64,000 nt of DNA from positions 10,390-74,389 of the forward strand of contig CAMVFC010000001.1 of NCBI GenBank assembly GCA_947166655.1. Reading direction: 5' to 3'. A program made the position numbers and the translations under genes. Within the stretch, counting starts at the first letter, position 1, and the number at the start of each line of letters is the position of its first letter. Of the stretch, positions 1 to 9,250 are shown piece by piece. The notes under the pieces were generated by a model. That model was not told the origin of the DNA. It saw only the letters and a program-made list of their open reading frames with translations, and did no database searches. Source of the stretch: an uncultured Prevotellaceae bacterium. GTDB taxonomy: Bacteria > Bacteroidota > Bacteroidia > Bacteroidales > Bacteroidaceae.

Positions 1-639
1 GAGAGACTCTTCCGCGACCACGAGCAACTCCTGCTCACGGGAGGCTCCATGCTCTACATCGATGCTGTATGCAACGGCATCGACGACATCCCAACCATCA
101 GTACTGACGTGCGAGAGCACCTGCGAGAGCGGCTTCAGGACGAAGGTCTCGAACGCCTGTGCGAGGAGTTGCGCCTGCTCGACCCCGAATATTATGCTCA
201 GGCCGACCTGCACAACACACGCCGCATCGTCCACGCGCTCGAGGTGTGCTACCAGAGTGGCCGGACCTTCACCAGCTTCCGCACCGCCACACATAAGCAG
301 CGGCCCTTCCGCATCGTCAAACTCGGACTGCGACGCGAGCGCGAAGAAATCTTCGCACGAATCAATTCGCGCGTGGACCAGATGATGGCCGACGGCCTGC
401 TGGAGGAAGCACGCACACTGCTGCCACACCGCGATGAGAACGCCCTCAACACCGTCGGCTACAAGGAAATGTTTCAGGTGCTCGACGGCACATGGGAACT
501 ACCGTTCGCCGTAGAACGAATGAAAAAGAACACACGCGTCTACGCGAAGAAACAAATGACATGGTTTGCTCGTGACCCGGAGATACAATGGTTCCACCCC
601 GACGAGCCGAAACTCACCAACACCCTTCTGAACCTATGA
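1..639 (+). CDS. miaA: tRNA dimethylallyltransferase MiaA, 5'-truncated by window edge
   Basis: Frame 1 is open from base 1 (ERLFRDHEQLLLTGGSMLYIDAV...). MiaA-type motifs TRRIVHALEV, NTVGYKE and RVYAKKQMTWF are present. Stop TGA at 637-639. Confidence 0.9.
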   Translation, partial: ERLFRDHEQLLLTGGSMLYIDAVCNGIDDIPTISTDVREHLRERLQDEGLERLCEELRLLDPEYYAQADLHNTRRIVHALEVCYQSGRTFTSFRTATHKQRPFRIVKLGLRREREEIFARINSRVDQMMADGLLEEARTLLPHRDENALNTVGYKEMFQVLDGTWELPFAVERMKKNTRVYAKKQMTWFARDPEIQWFHPDEPKLTNTLLNL

Positions 640-3074
640 AGAGCATCTTCCCCAATCATTGGCGCGACAAGATTCGTCGCCTATACGCCGGACCCTGGTA
701 CCGCCGCCTCGCGGTATGGTTGGCCACCGTCATCCTCGCCGTGATACTCCTGCTCGGAGCCGTAGATATTAACTTCCTCTGGCTCTTCGGACGCTCGCCC
801 GGCATGAAACAAATCAAAGACCCTGTCACCAACGAGGCCAGCGAGATATACAGCGCCGACAGCGTGCTCATCGGACGTTTCTTCAGCGAGAACAGGACAC
901 GCGTCAGCTTCGAGGAAATCAGTCCCGTCGTCATACGCACGCTCATCGCCACAGAGGACGAACGCTTCTACCGCCATCACGGCGTGGACATCGTCGGACT
1001 CTTCGCAGCAGCGAAAGACATCGCTGGCGGACACGCACGTGGAGCCAGCACCATCACACAGCAGCTGGCAAAGAATCTGTTCCGCGTACGCACACAGTAC
1101 ACCACAGGACTCTTCGGACACATCCCGGGGCTGAAGATTCTTATCATGAAAGCCAAGGAATGGATTGTCGCCTTCAAACTCGAGATGGCTTATTCGAAAG
1201 AGGAAATCTTAACCATGTACCTCAACACCGTCGACTTCGGTTCCAACAGTTTCGGCATACAGACGGCTGCACGAACCTACTTCGGCACCACACCGGACCG
1301 CCTCAACTACGAGCAGGCCGCCACGCTGATCGGACTGCTCAAGGCCACCAGTTCATACAACCCACGCCTGCACCCCAAAGCCTCGAAGGAACGACGCAAC
1401 ATCGTCCTGCAAAACCTATATGAACACGGCGGCATCGTCCTGCATGGCGAGCCTGCTACGGCGAAGCAGTTCGACAGCCTCTGTGCACTCCCCGTCACCT
1501 GCGTGGAATACGTCGAAGAAAGTAGCTACGACGGAATGGCGCCCTACTTCCGCACCAACCTGCAAGAACAGATCAACCAGATCTGCGATGCGGGCCTCCT
1601 CTACGGCGGAATGCAGGAACGGCTCGACCTCTATGCCGACGGCCTGCGAATCTACACGACCATCGACACACGAATGCAGCGATATGCCGAGGAGGCTGTC
1701 AGACAACAGATGCGACGCCTGCAACAGCGCTTCGACGAGCACTGGCGCGGACAGCATCCCTGGCAGGACGCACAGCACCGAGAGATTCCGGGCTTCATCG
1801 AGCGGCTGGCGCGACGCACCGACGCCTACAAGCAGCTTGCGGCTCAGTTCCCCGACCAACCCGACAGCATCGACTTCTACCTCAACCAACCGCACCGCGT
1901 GCGGCTGTTCAGTTACGACGGACCCATCTACCGAGACATTTCGACACTCGACTCCATCCGCTACATGGTCAGCTTTCTGCACACTGGCTTCGTAGCCATC
2001 GAGCCTGACACACGCGAAGTAAAGGCATGGGTGGGCGACATCAATTTTGATTTCTGGAAATACGACAAGGTCACCGCAGCCCGCCAACCGGGTTCCACGT
2101 TCAAGCTCTTTGTCTACACAGAAGCCATGAACAAGGGACTCACGCCCTGCGAGATGCGCCTCGACGGATGGTTCACCGCCCAAGACTCCACAGGACGGCA
2201 GCCACAGCGATGGATTCCTCACAACGCCAACGGCAGTTACTCTGGCGCTTACATGAGTCTCAAACTTGCCTTCGCACAAAGCATCAACAGCATCGCGGCT
2301 AAACTCGGTTACGAAGTAGGCATCCACGATATCGCCAAAACGGCACACGCCATGGGCATACATACCAAGCTCGAAGAAGTGCCGGCCCTCAGCCTCGGAG
2401 CCAGCGACGTCACACTCTTCGACCTGGTCAACGCGTACTGCACCGTCGTAGACGACGGACGCTATTGCCCACCCATCATGGTCAGCCGCATTCTGGACAG
2501 AGACGGACACCTCCTCTATGAGGCAAAGCCAGAACCCAAGCAGGCCATCCCATACCGCTCGGCATTCTTCATGCAACAGATGCTGCGCGGAGGTCTCACG
2601 CAACCCGGAGGAACCAGTGCGGCTCTCTGGCAATACATCAATCCCGTACTGGGCAAGACGGAGTTCGGCGGCAAGACGGGGACTTCCAACAATCACTCCG
2701 ACGCCTGGTACGTAGGCATCACGCCGAAACTCGTGGCAGGTGCATGGGTGGGTGGCGAATACCGAAGCATACACTTCCGCACCGGTGCGCTCGGACAAGG
2801 AAGCCGTACGGCATTACCTATCTTCGGCAAATTCATCGCCAGCGTACTGCGCGACCGCCATTTCAGCAAATACTGTGTACCTTTTGCACCGCCACGCGAC
2901 GACATCGATCGCAGCGCCTACGAGTGTGCCCTCAGCATCGACCTGCCAAGAGACACCTTCGACGTGGATAGCATCCTTCCGCCCGCCACCCTCGAACCGG
3001 TGGAGGACAACGCTTTCGACCCCGACAAAATCGAAATCACGCCCGAGGACCTCGGCATTGATATCAGCCTATAA
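636..3074 (+). CDS. mrcA: Bifunctional penicillin-binding protein 1A (GT51 transglycosylase + transpeptidase)
   Basis: N-terminal TM anchor LAVWLATVILAVILLLGAV. GT51 motifs ATEDERFYRHHGVD and GASTITQQLAKN. Transpeptidase motifs STFK (SxxK), SIN (SxN) and KTGTSN (KTG). Start placed at ATG 636 (MKSIF...), which overlaps the miaA stop as ATGA; the ORF-track start at 588 lies inside miaA. Confidence 0.93.
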   Translation: MKSIFPNHWRDKIRRLYAGPWYRRLAVWLATVILAVILLLGAVDINFLWLFGRSPGMKQIKDPVTNEASEIYSADSVLIGRFFSENRTRVSFEEISPVVIRTLIATEDERFYRHHGVDIVGLFAAAKDIAGGHARGASTITQQLAKNLFRVRTQYTTGLFGHIPGLKILIMKAKEWIVAFKLEMAYSKEEILTMYLNTVDFGSNSFGIQTAARTYFGTTPDRLNYEQAATLIGLLKATSSYNPRLHPKASKERRNIVLQNLYEHGGIVLHGEPATAKQFDSLCALPVTCVEYVEESSYDGMAPYFRTNLQEQINQICDAGLLYGGMQERLDLYADGLRIYTTIDTRMQRYAEEAVRQQMRRLQQRFDEHWRGQHPWQDAQHREIPGFIERLARRTDAYKQLAAQFPDQPDSIDFYLNQPHRVRLFSYDGPIYRDISTLDSIRYMVSFLHTGFVAIEPDTREVKAWVGDINFDFWKYDKVTAARQPGSTFKLFVYTEAMNKGLTPCEMRLDGWFTAQDSTGRQPQRWIPHNANGSYSGAYMSLKLAFAQSINSIAAKLGYEVGIHDIAKTAHAMGIHTKLEEVPALSLGASDVTLFDLVNAYCTVVDDGRYCPPIMVSRILDRDGHLLYEAKPEPKQAIPYRSAFFMQQMLRGGLTQPGGTSAALWQYINPVLGKTEFGGKTGTSNNHSDAWYVGITPKLVAGAWVGGEYRSIHFRTGALGQGSRTALPIFGKFIASVLRDRHFSKYCVPFAPPRDDIDRSAYECALSIDLPRDTFDVDSILPPATLEPVEDNAFDPDKIEITPEDLGIDISL

Positions 3075-3082
3075 GAGGAACT

Positions 3083-5053
3083 ATGCCTGCGTCCCAACCC
3101 ACCATAGACACCAGCACACCCGAGTTCCAGGCGGCCCTGAACATGATTCGGTTCACCCATCAGTCGGTGTTCCTCACCGGCAAGGCGGGAACGGGCAAGA
3201 GCACGTTCTTGCGTTATGTGAAGGAGAACACGAAGAAGAAATGCGTCGTGCTGGCACCGACCGGCATCGCGGCCATCAACGCAGGAGGCGTCACTCTGCA
3301 CAGCTTCTTCAAGCTGCCCTTCCATCCGCTCACGCCCGATGACCCACGCTATGCAGGGCGACGCATACGTGACTTCCTTAAGTACGGCAAGGAACACATA
3401 CAGCTCCTGCAGAGCCTCGAGCTTATCATCATCGACGAGATCTCCATGGTGCGAGCCGATATCATCGACTTCATCGACCGCATCCTACGAACCTACAACC
3501 ACAATCCGCGGATACCTTTTGGAGGTAAGCAGATGCTCCTCATCGGCGACGTCTATCAGTTGGAGCCTGTCGTCAAGCAAGACGAGCGAGATATCCTCAT
3601 GCGCTTCTACCCCTCGCCCTTCTTCTTCTCGGCACACGTTTTCCGACAGATGGAATTGGTCTCTATTGAACTCACCAAAGTCTACCGTCAACAGGACCAA
3701 CAGTTCATCGCCATCCTCGACCGCATCCGGACCAACACCCTCCTTCCCGCCGACCTTTCCCTCCTCAACACCCGCGTCATCCCCGCCCATACGACCAGCG
3801 TGCCCGCTGCACCCAGTGCACCCAACGAGCCCACTGCGCCCAACGAGCCAAGCGAGTCCGGTGTGCCCAGCGGTTTTCCCGCTGGGGCCTCCCTTTCCCC
3901 CGGGACCACCTCTCCCGCCGCCTCCTTTGCTCCCGCCGGGGCTGCCACCTCTTCTCCCGCCCCCACGCACCTTGGCATCACCCTCTGCACCCGTCGCGAT
4001 GACGTCGATTTCATTAATGACCACGAGCTCGACCGCCTCGACGGCGATGCTATCACCCTGCGCGGCAGCATCCAAGGCGAGTTCCCCAGCTCCTCGCTAC
4101 CTACGCTCCTTGAGTTGGAAATCAAGCTCGGTGCACAAGTCATCTTCGTCAAGAACGATCAGAACAAGCAATGGGTCAACGGCACTCTCGGCACCATCAT
4201 CGGTATCAGCGAAGAGCCCTACGGCCTCCTCGTCTATACCGAAGAAGGACAGGAAGTACTCGTCGAAGAAGCACAGTGGGCCAACGTACGCTACACCTAC
4301 AACGAGAAAGAGAAAAAGATTGAAGAGGAGGAACTCGGCACGTTCACGCAGTTCCCCATTCGCCTGGCATGGGCCATCACCATACACAAGAGCCAGGGCC
4401 TCACTTTCCAACGAGCCAACATCGACTTTGGCACAGGCACTTTTGCAGGTGGGCAGGCCTATGTAGCACTCAGTCGCTGCACTTCGCTCGAAGGGATGAC
4501 GCTACGACGCCCCATCAGCCGGACCGACATCTTTGTACGCCCGGAGATTGTGCAGTTTGCGGCACAGTTCAACAACCCGCAAGCCCTGGAACGCGCCATG
4601 CAGGCCGCCAAGGCTGACATCGAATACGCCGCAGCGGCACAGGCCTTCGACCAACGCAAGTGGGACGACGTTCTCCATCACTTCTTCACGGCCATACACG
4701 CCCGCTACGACATCGAGCAACCCGCAGCACAACGGCTCATCCGCAGGAAACTTAATACAATCTCACGCCTGCAGGCTGAAAATGAAAGCCTCAAGAAGCA
4801 ACTCAAGAAGCGCATCAAGCTGCTCAAGCAGTTTGCTGAGGAATATTACCTTCTGGGAAACGAAAGCCTCAAAGAGTTCCAAAACAACCGTGCCGCACTG
4901 CGCAACTACCAAAAAGCTGTTGACCTTTGGCCCGACTTCGAAGCGGCACAGCAGCGCCTCGGTGACTGCTTCGACCGCGACGGACAGCGTGAAGAAGCCG
5001 AGAAGCACTGGGCGATAGCTGCGAAACTGAAGAAAAGAAAGAAGAGACGCTAA
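3083..5053 (+). CDS. PIF1/RecD-family (SF1B) DNA helicase with internal low-complexity linker and C-terminal helical tail
   Basis: Walker A GKAGTGKST, Walker B IIIDEISMV, and motifs GDVYQLEPV, AITIHKSQGLTF and YVALSRCTSLEG. A P/A/S-rich insert is encoded at about 3790-3970. The last ~150 aa are charged and helical. Confidence 0.85.
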   Translation: MPASQPTIDTSTPEFQAALNMIRFTHQSVFLTGKAGTGKSTFLRYVKENTKKKCVVLAPTGIAAINAGGVTLHSFFKLPFHPLTPDDPRYAGRRIRDFLKYGKEHIQLLQSLELIIIDEISMVRADIIDFIDRILRTYNHNPRIPFGGKQMLLIGDVYQLEPVVKQDERDILMRFYPSPFFFSAHVFRQMELVSIELTKVYRQQDQQFIAILDRIRTNTLLPADLSLLNTRVIPAHTTSVPAAPSAPNEPTAPNEPSESGVPSGFPAGASLSPGTTSPAASFAPAGAATSSPAPTHLGITLCTRRDDVDFINDHELDRLDGDAITLRGSIQGEFPSSSLPTLLELEIKLGAQVIFVKNDQNKQWVNGTLGTIIGISEEPYGLLVYTEEGQEVLVEEAQWANVRYTYNEKEKKIEEEELGTFTQFPIRLAWAITIHKSQGLTFQRANIDFGTGTFAGGQAYVALSRCTSLEGMTLRRPISRTDIFVRPEIVQFAAQFNNPQALERAMQAAKADIEYAAAAQAFDQRKWDDVLHHFFTAIHARYDIEQPAAQRLIRRKLNTISRLQAENESLKKQLKKRIKLLKQFAEEYYLLGNESLKEFQNNRAALRNYQKAVDLWPDFEAAQQRLGDCFDRDGQREEAEKHWAIAAKLKKRKKRR

Positions 5054-5111
5054 AGCCGTTAAATAAACTTAATATTTACACACGCGCACATGTTCCTTAT
5101 ATAATTATAAC

Positions 5112-5119
5112 TACTTTTG
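5112..5119 (+). promoter_or_regulatory. Candidate Bacteroidota -7 promoter box TACTTTTG upstream of GH43 gene
   Basis: Matches TAnnTTTG, 30 nt upstream of ATG 5149, in an AT-rich spacer. Confidence 0.4.
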
Positions 5120-5148
5120 GAGCAGAAAACTGACTAAACTAAAGCATT

Positions 5149-6126
5149 ATGAATATCAAAAAAGGAGTTATCCTGACGATGGCCATGGCTATGGCCGTCA
5201 CTATGAGTGCAAAAAAGAAAACAAGCGCCTACCTCTTTACCTACTTTACGGGCAATGCTCCCGAGAAAGAGCAAATCTGCTATGCCATCTCTCACGACGG
5301 ATGGAACTACACACCCCTTAACGACGGCAAACCTATCATCGCCTCCAAAGACATCGCCCGCACCGGATGCGTGCGCGACCCGCATATCCTGCGCGGCAAG
5401 GGAGGATGGTTCTACATGGTAGTCACCGACATGAAATCATCACTCGGATGGAGCAGCAACCGCGGCATGGTGCTTATGCGTTCGAAAGACTTGGTCAACT
5501 GGGAACATCATACAGTGCACTTCCCTACCCGCTACAAAGGAACGATGTTTGAGCACGTCACACGCGTATGGGCGCCGCAGACCATCTATGACGAGCGCAC
5601 CCACCGCTACATCGTCTATTTCTCCATCCTGACAGACGACGGCTCCTGCCCCTACGACCGCGTCTATTGGGCCTATGCCAACAAGGACTTCAGCGACCTC
5701 GGCGAACCGCACCTCCTCTTTGACATGCGCTCCGCCAGCATCGACACCGACATCGTACGCGACGACGACGGACTGCTGCACATCTTCTTCAAGACAGAAG
5801 GCGCCAAGCAGAAAGGCATTAAACAGTTCATCGCAAAAGACTTCTACGACGGCTCCACATGGGAACTGCAAGACGGATGGTGCCAAGACACAAACAAGCA
5901 AGTGGAAGGCTCCGGCGTGTTCCGCCTGCACGACGGCACGTGGGTGCTGATGTACGACTGCTACACCAGTGGCCACTACCAGTTCTGCAAGAGCACAGAC
6001 CTCAAGACATTCAAGCAGGTGCAAGACACGAAGACTGAAGGAGCATTCACGCCCCGCCACGGAACTGTCATTGCCATCACGGACAAGGAACTGAAACGTC
6101 TCCAGAAAGCGTTCCCCAACCATTAA
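5149..6126 (+). CDS. Secreted glycoside hydrolase family 43-like five-bladed beta-propeller enzyme
   Basis: Signal peptide MNIKKGVILTMAMAMAVTMSA. GH43-like blocks YLFTYFTGN, AISHDGWNY, VRDPHIL, FYMVVTD and VWAPQTIYD. Subfamily not assignable by eye. Confidence 0.7.
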   Translation: MNIKKGVILTMAMAMAVTMSAKKKTSAYLFTYFTGNAPEKEQICYAISHDGWNYTPLNDGKPIIASKDIARTGCVRDPHILRGKGGWFYMVVTDMKSSLGWSSNRGMVLMRSKDLVNWEHHTVHFPTRYKGTMFEHVTRVWAPQTIYDERTHRYIVYFSILTDDGSCPYDRVYWAYANKDFSDLGEPHLLFDMRSASIDTDIVRDDDGLLHIFFKTEGAKQKGIKQFIAKDFYDGSTWELQDGWCQDTNKQVEGSGVFRLHDGTWVLMYDCYTSGHYQFCKSTDLKTFKQVQDTKTEGAFTPRHGTVIAITDKELKRLQKAFPNH

Positions 6127-6163
6127 TAAGCACTTCACGAAATAAACAAACAGGAACAGCCCT

Positions 6164-8956
6164 ATGAAAAGATTTTTCATACTCCTTTTACTGTCACTTC
6201 CCTGCGTTGCGCTATGGGCTTCCAACATCCGGAAGTCCGTCAGTCAAGTCGCAGAAGGTGTAGATCTCACAGAGGATGTAGACTATCACATCACCTCTGC
6301 TACGCCATTTACGGATGAAGGCTTTGTCAACATTGTCAACACCGACCACGCCGTCATCATCTTTGACAACGTAAAGCCTTCGCTTGCGCTGAAACTTCTC
6401 AGCCATGTCTTCATCAACGGAGAGGCTGCCAAGAGCGAGTCGAACTGCCAGGTCAGACTTTATAACCGAGGTGCCATCCTCTATCCTTATGGAAGAGAGA
6501 GCACTTCCGAAAACGGTTTCCACCCACTCACGGTCTATGCCGAGCAGAACTGTACCGGTGAGTCCTACGAACGTTTTGCCCTGGAAAGCAGCGGCGGATA
6601 CATGAACACGCTGACAGCAGCCAAGCTGAACAACCGCATCCGCAGTTTCGTCCTCAAGCGCGGATACATGGTCACGTTCTCCCTTCGCGCCGAAGGCCGA
6701 GGCTATAGCCGCTGCTTCATCGCAGACAAGGAGGACCTTGTCATGAACACGCTGCCCTCCCTGATGGACAACCGCATCTCCTCTTACCGCATCTTCCGTT
6801 GGTACGACACCAGCAAGTCCGGACTCGCCAACAGCACCAACTACGAAGCCACACAGGCACTGAATGTCACCTCGTGCTACAGCTTCGGACTTGGAGAGAC
6901 ACGCCTTCCCGATGCCGAGTGCGTCCCGCATCACATCTATGAGGACTGGCCTTCCTCTTCTGCCTGCGGCGGCGTGAATTTCTCACCGCACATGAAGACC
7001 AACAACGAACCGGGCAACAGCGCCGATGACCATCCGCAGACCGTCGACCAGATCTTGGCGAACTGGGAGAACCTCATGCGAACGGGTATGCGTCTATGCT
7101 CACCGTCGTCTCACGACGGAAGCCTCAACCATCTTCGTGCATTCATGGATTCCATTGATGCCCGCGGATGGCGATGTGACATCATCGACCTCCACTGTTA
7201 TTGGGCCGAGGGCAGCTTCAGCACTTGGAGCTTCTATGACCAATGGGCCAACCGCTATGGACGCCCCATCTGGATTTCCGAATGGGTATGGGGCGCCTCC
7301 TGGAACAGCAACGGCGCTTTTGCCGGCAACGTGACCGAGGCACAGAACCGCGACGCCATCAAGCGCATCACTGAAAAGCTCAACGGATGGGACTGCATCG
7401 AACGTTACTACTACTGGAACAGCGAACGTGACCCGTCGCGCGTCTACAAGAACGGCAAGCTCACACCAGCGGGCGAGTACTATGCCTCCATGAACACCGG
7501 GCTCGGGTACTGCAACTACGGCAAATACATCCCGAAGACACCGCGCATGGTCTCGATCACAGACCTCGCTGTCACGTTCAATGCAAAGACGAACAAGGGC
7601 GAACTGACCTGGACCAACGCCAACGGCGACTTGACAGAAATGTCGGTCCTCCAGAAGAAGGTAAATAACGTCTGGACGGCACTCGTCACCATCCCCCAAA
7701 GCGACGAGAATACTCAGACCTACGCCATCGAGTTGGACGGTGCCGATGCCTTCGGCCTGCACGAATACCGCATCATGAACCTTGACGTCGACAACAAACG
7801 ACGCTACAGCAATATAGCCAGCGTATTCGTGGGCGGTGCCGAGGACCTGGGCGACATCATGGTGGGACGCATCGAAGTCACGAACAGCGACCTCTCCACC
7901 ATCTACTTCTCCAAGCAGGAAACAGCGCCGATGGTCTTCACCGGCATCCCGTCCAATGCGAACAACAGCAACGGATTAGTCAACCACCTCACGGCCATCA
8001 GTAAGGAAAGCTTCAAGTTCTTCTTCGACCCATGGACCGCCGGGACAGCCATGGAAATCACCAAGACAGAGTCCACCGACTTCATCTTGCTGCATCCTGG
8101 CAGAGGCACGTGGGGGACAATGCAATACGAGGCTGACACCTGTAAGTACGAGAATGCTTCGGGAGCTATCAGCAAGATGAGCCGCGGCGACACCATCGAG
8201 GTGACGTTCAAGGAGCCCTTCACGGAGATTCCCGTCGTACTCGTGCAGAACTTATACGCTGCGAGCAACAAGACGCCCACCTTCGCACGCGTCTTTGACG
8301 TGACCACAAAGGGCTTCAAGATGAGACTACTGAAACAAGAGGATGTCACCACTGCCATCGTGAACCAGTACTGCTTCTACCTCGCCGTCACGCCCGGAAC
8401 GGCATCCATCGGCGACACGGGCAAGCGTATCTCGGCAGGCATCGCAGACAACCCGACGGGCGGAGCAGGCACCATCCAGAACTACTTCCTTTCTCCAACA
8501 GGCGACACGCTTTATTTCGAGAATCCGTACATCATCGCAGGTGCTCAAACCCACTTCCTGGATGTGCCCAGCGTGATGCGTAAGGCATCCAATATCACCA
8601 AAAGCGAAACCGCCGAAGACGGGAAAACCCGTTTGCTGACCTATGGTATGCGCGTGAAGAGGCAAACGGATGCTACATCCACGATACCGACGGGCATGAA
8701 CACCGCCTCAAAGAGCGGCGATCTCATGGGATGGATTGTCATCGACAACGACCGCACGGGCAGCTCCATCAGCACGCCTGCCAGCAGCCACTCCAAGCTG
8801 TTCGTCGAGGTGCGTGGGCGACATATCTACCCCAGCGACCCCACTGCACGCATTTATACGGCAGCCGGCACGCGGGTACGTTCGGGACAGCAACTGCTTC
8901 CGGGCCTCTATATCGTCTCCAACAACCGCGAAAGCGTGAAGCTGATGTTACGCTAA
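6164..8956 (+). CDS. Large multidomain secreted glycosidase: clan GH-A 'glycosyl hydrolase catalytic core' (PF11790/GH128-like) with T9SS C-terminal sorting domain
   Basis: Signal peptide MKRFFILLLLSLPCVALWA. Candidate acid/base NNEP and nucleophile WISEW within MKTNNEPGNS...DLHCYWAEG...RPIWISEWVWG. C-terminal ...RIYTAAGTRVRSGQQLLPGLYIVSNNRESVKLMLR resembles a T9SS CTD. The N-terminal ~230 aa and the middle beta-rich regions are unassigned. Confidence 0.65.
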   Translation: MKRFFILLLLSLPCVALWASNIRKSVSQVAEGVDLTEDVDYHITSATPFTDEGFVNIVNTDHAVIIFDNVKPSLALKLLSHVFINGEAAKSESNCQVRLYNRGAILYPYGRESTSENGFHPLTVYAEQNCTGESYERFALESSGGYMNTLTAAKLNNRIRSFVLKRGYMVTFSLRAEGRGYSRCFIADKEDLVMNTLPSLMDNRISSYRIFRWYDTSKSGLANSTNYEATQALNVTSCYSFGLGETRLPDAECVPHHIYEDWPSSSACGGVNFSPHMKTNNEPGNSADDHPQTVDQILANWENLMRTGMRLCSPSSHDGSLNHLRAFMDSIDARGWRCDIIDLHCYWAEGSFSTWSFYDQWANRYGRPIWISEWVWGASWNSNGAFAGNVTEAQNRDAIKRITEKLNGWDCIERYYYWNSERDPSRVYKNGKLTPAGEYYASMNTGLGYCNYGKYIPKTPRMVSITDLAVTFNAKTNKGELTWTNANGDLTEMSVLQKKVNNVWTALVTIPQSDENTQTYAIELDGADAFGLHEYRIMNLDVDNKRRYSNIASVFVGGAEDLGDIMVGRIEVTNSDLSTIYFSKQETAPMVFTGIPSNANNSNGLVNHLTAISKESFKFFFDPWTAGTAMEITKTESTDFILLHPGRGTWGTMQYEADTCKYENASGAISKMSRGDTIEVTFKEPFTEIPVVLVQNLYAASNKTPTFARVFDVTTKGFKMRLLKQEDVTTAIVNQYCFYLAVTPGTASIGDTGKRISAGIADNPTGGAGTIQNYFLSPTGDTLYFENPYIIAGAQTHFLDVPSVMRKASNITKSETAEDGKTRLLTYGMRVKRQTDATSTIPTGMNTASKSGDLMGWIVIDNDRTGSSISTPASSHSKLFVEVRGRHIYPSDPTARIYTAAGTRVRSGQQLLPGLYIVSNNRESVKLMLR

Positions 8957-8973
8957 CGGCTTCGATACGACAA

Positions 8974-9010
8974 GACACGGGCGACCAGCAATGGCCGCCC
9001 GTGTCCTTTT
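8974..9010 (+). terminator. Rho-independent terminator after the T9SS glycosidase gene
   Basis: GACACGGGCG (8974-8983) pairs with CGCCCGTGTC (8996-9005) and is followed by CTTTT. Confidence 0.75.
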
Positions 9011-9123
9011 ATGAGGGGCCATCTGCCTGGTATCACCAGGGGGGAATGACCTCTGTGTTCAGCCGATATGCCACCCACCCTTTTAGCCTGCAGATGAAAG
9101 TGCAGAGAGTTCCTCCCGTTTTT

Positions 9124-9250
9124 CCAGTAACTTTTGATCAAAAGTGCCTTGAGTTTTGCCTTTTTTTCCTATAACTTTTCATCAAAAGTGCCTTGAGTTT
9201 CGACCCTTTTTCAAGTAACTTTTCGCCGAAAGTGCCTTGAGTTTTTTTCC
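9124..9250. repeat. Copy 1 of dispersed tandem-repeat element (three ~44-bp units)
   Basis: Units at 9124-9167, 9168-9211 and 9212-9250 each contain TAACTTTT-N6-AAAGTGCCTTGAGTTT. Unit 1 holds the perfect palindrome ACTTTTGATCAAAAGT (9130-9145). Confidence 0.85.

Noticed and set aside
588-635. N-terminal extensions in the ORF track: 588 for PBP1A, 31227 for lacZ, 36510 for the CxxCH protein, 41979 for GH105, 53113 for GSCFA, 53150 for dxs and 54943 for trkA.
   Set aside because: The extensions overlap the preceding gene or a promoter box and encode Arg/Pro-rich junk. Internal ATGs give canonical N-termini (signal peptides, the Rossmann GxGxxG of TrkA) and tidy ATGA or short-gap junctions.
3083-5053. 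PIF1/RecD-like helicase considered as part of a defence or mobile-element module.
   Set aside because: It stands alone between PBP1A and a glycosidase. There is no nuclease, methylase, toxin, integrase or repeat boundary nearby. The context is housekeeping.
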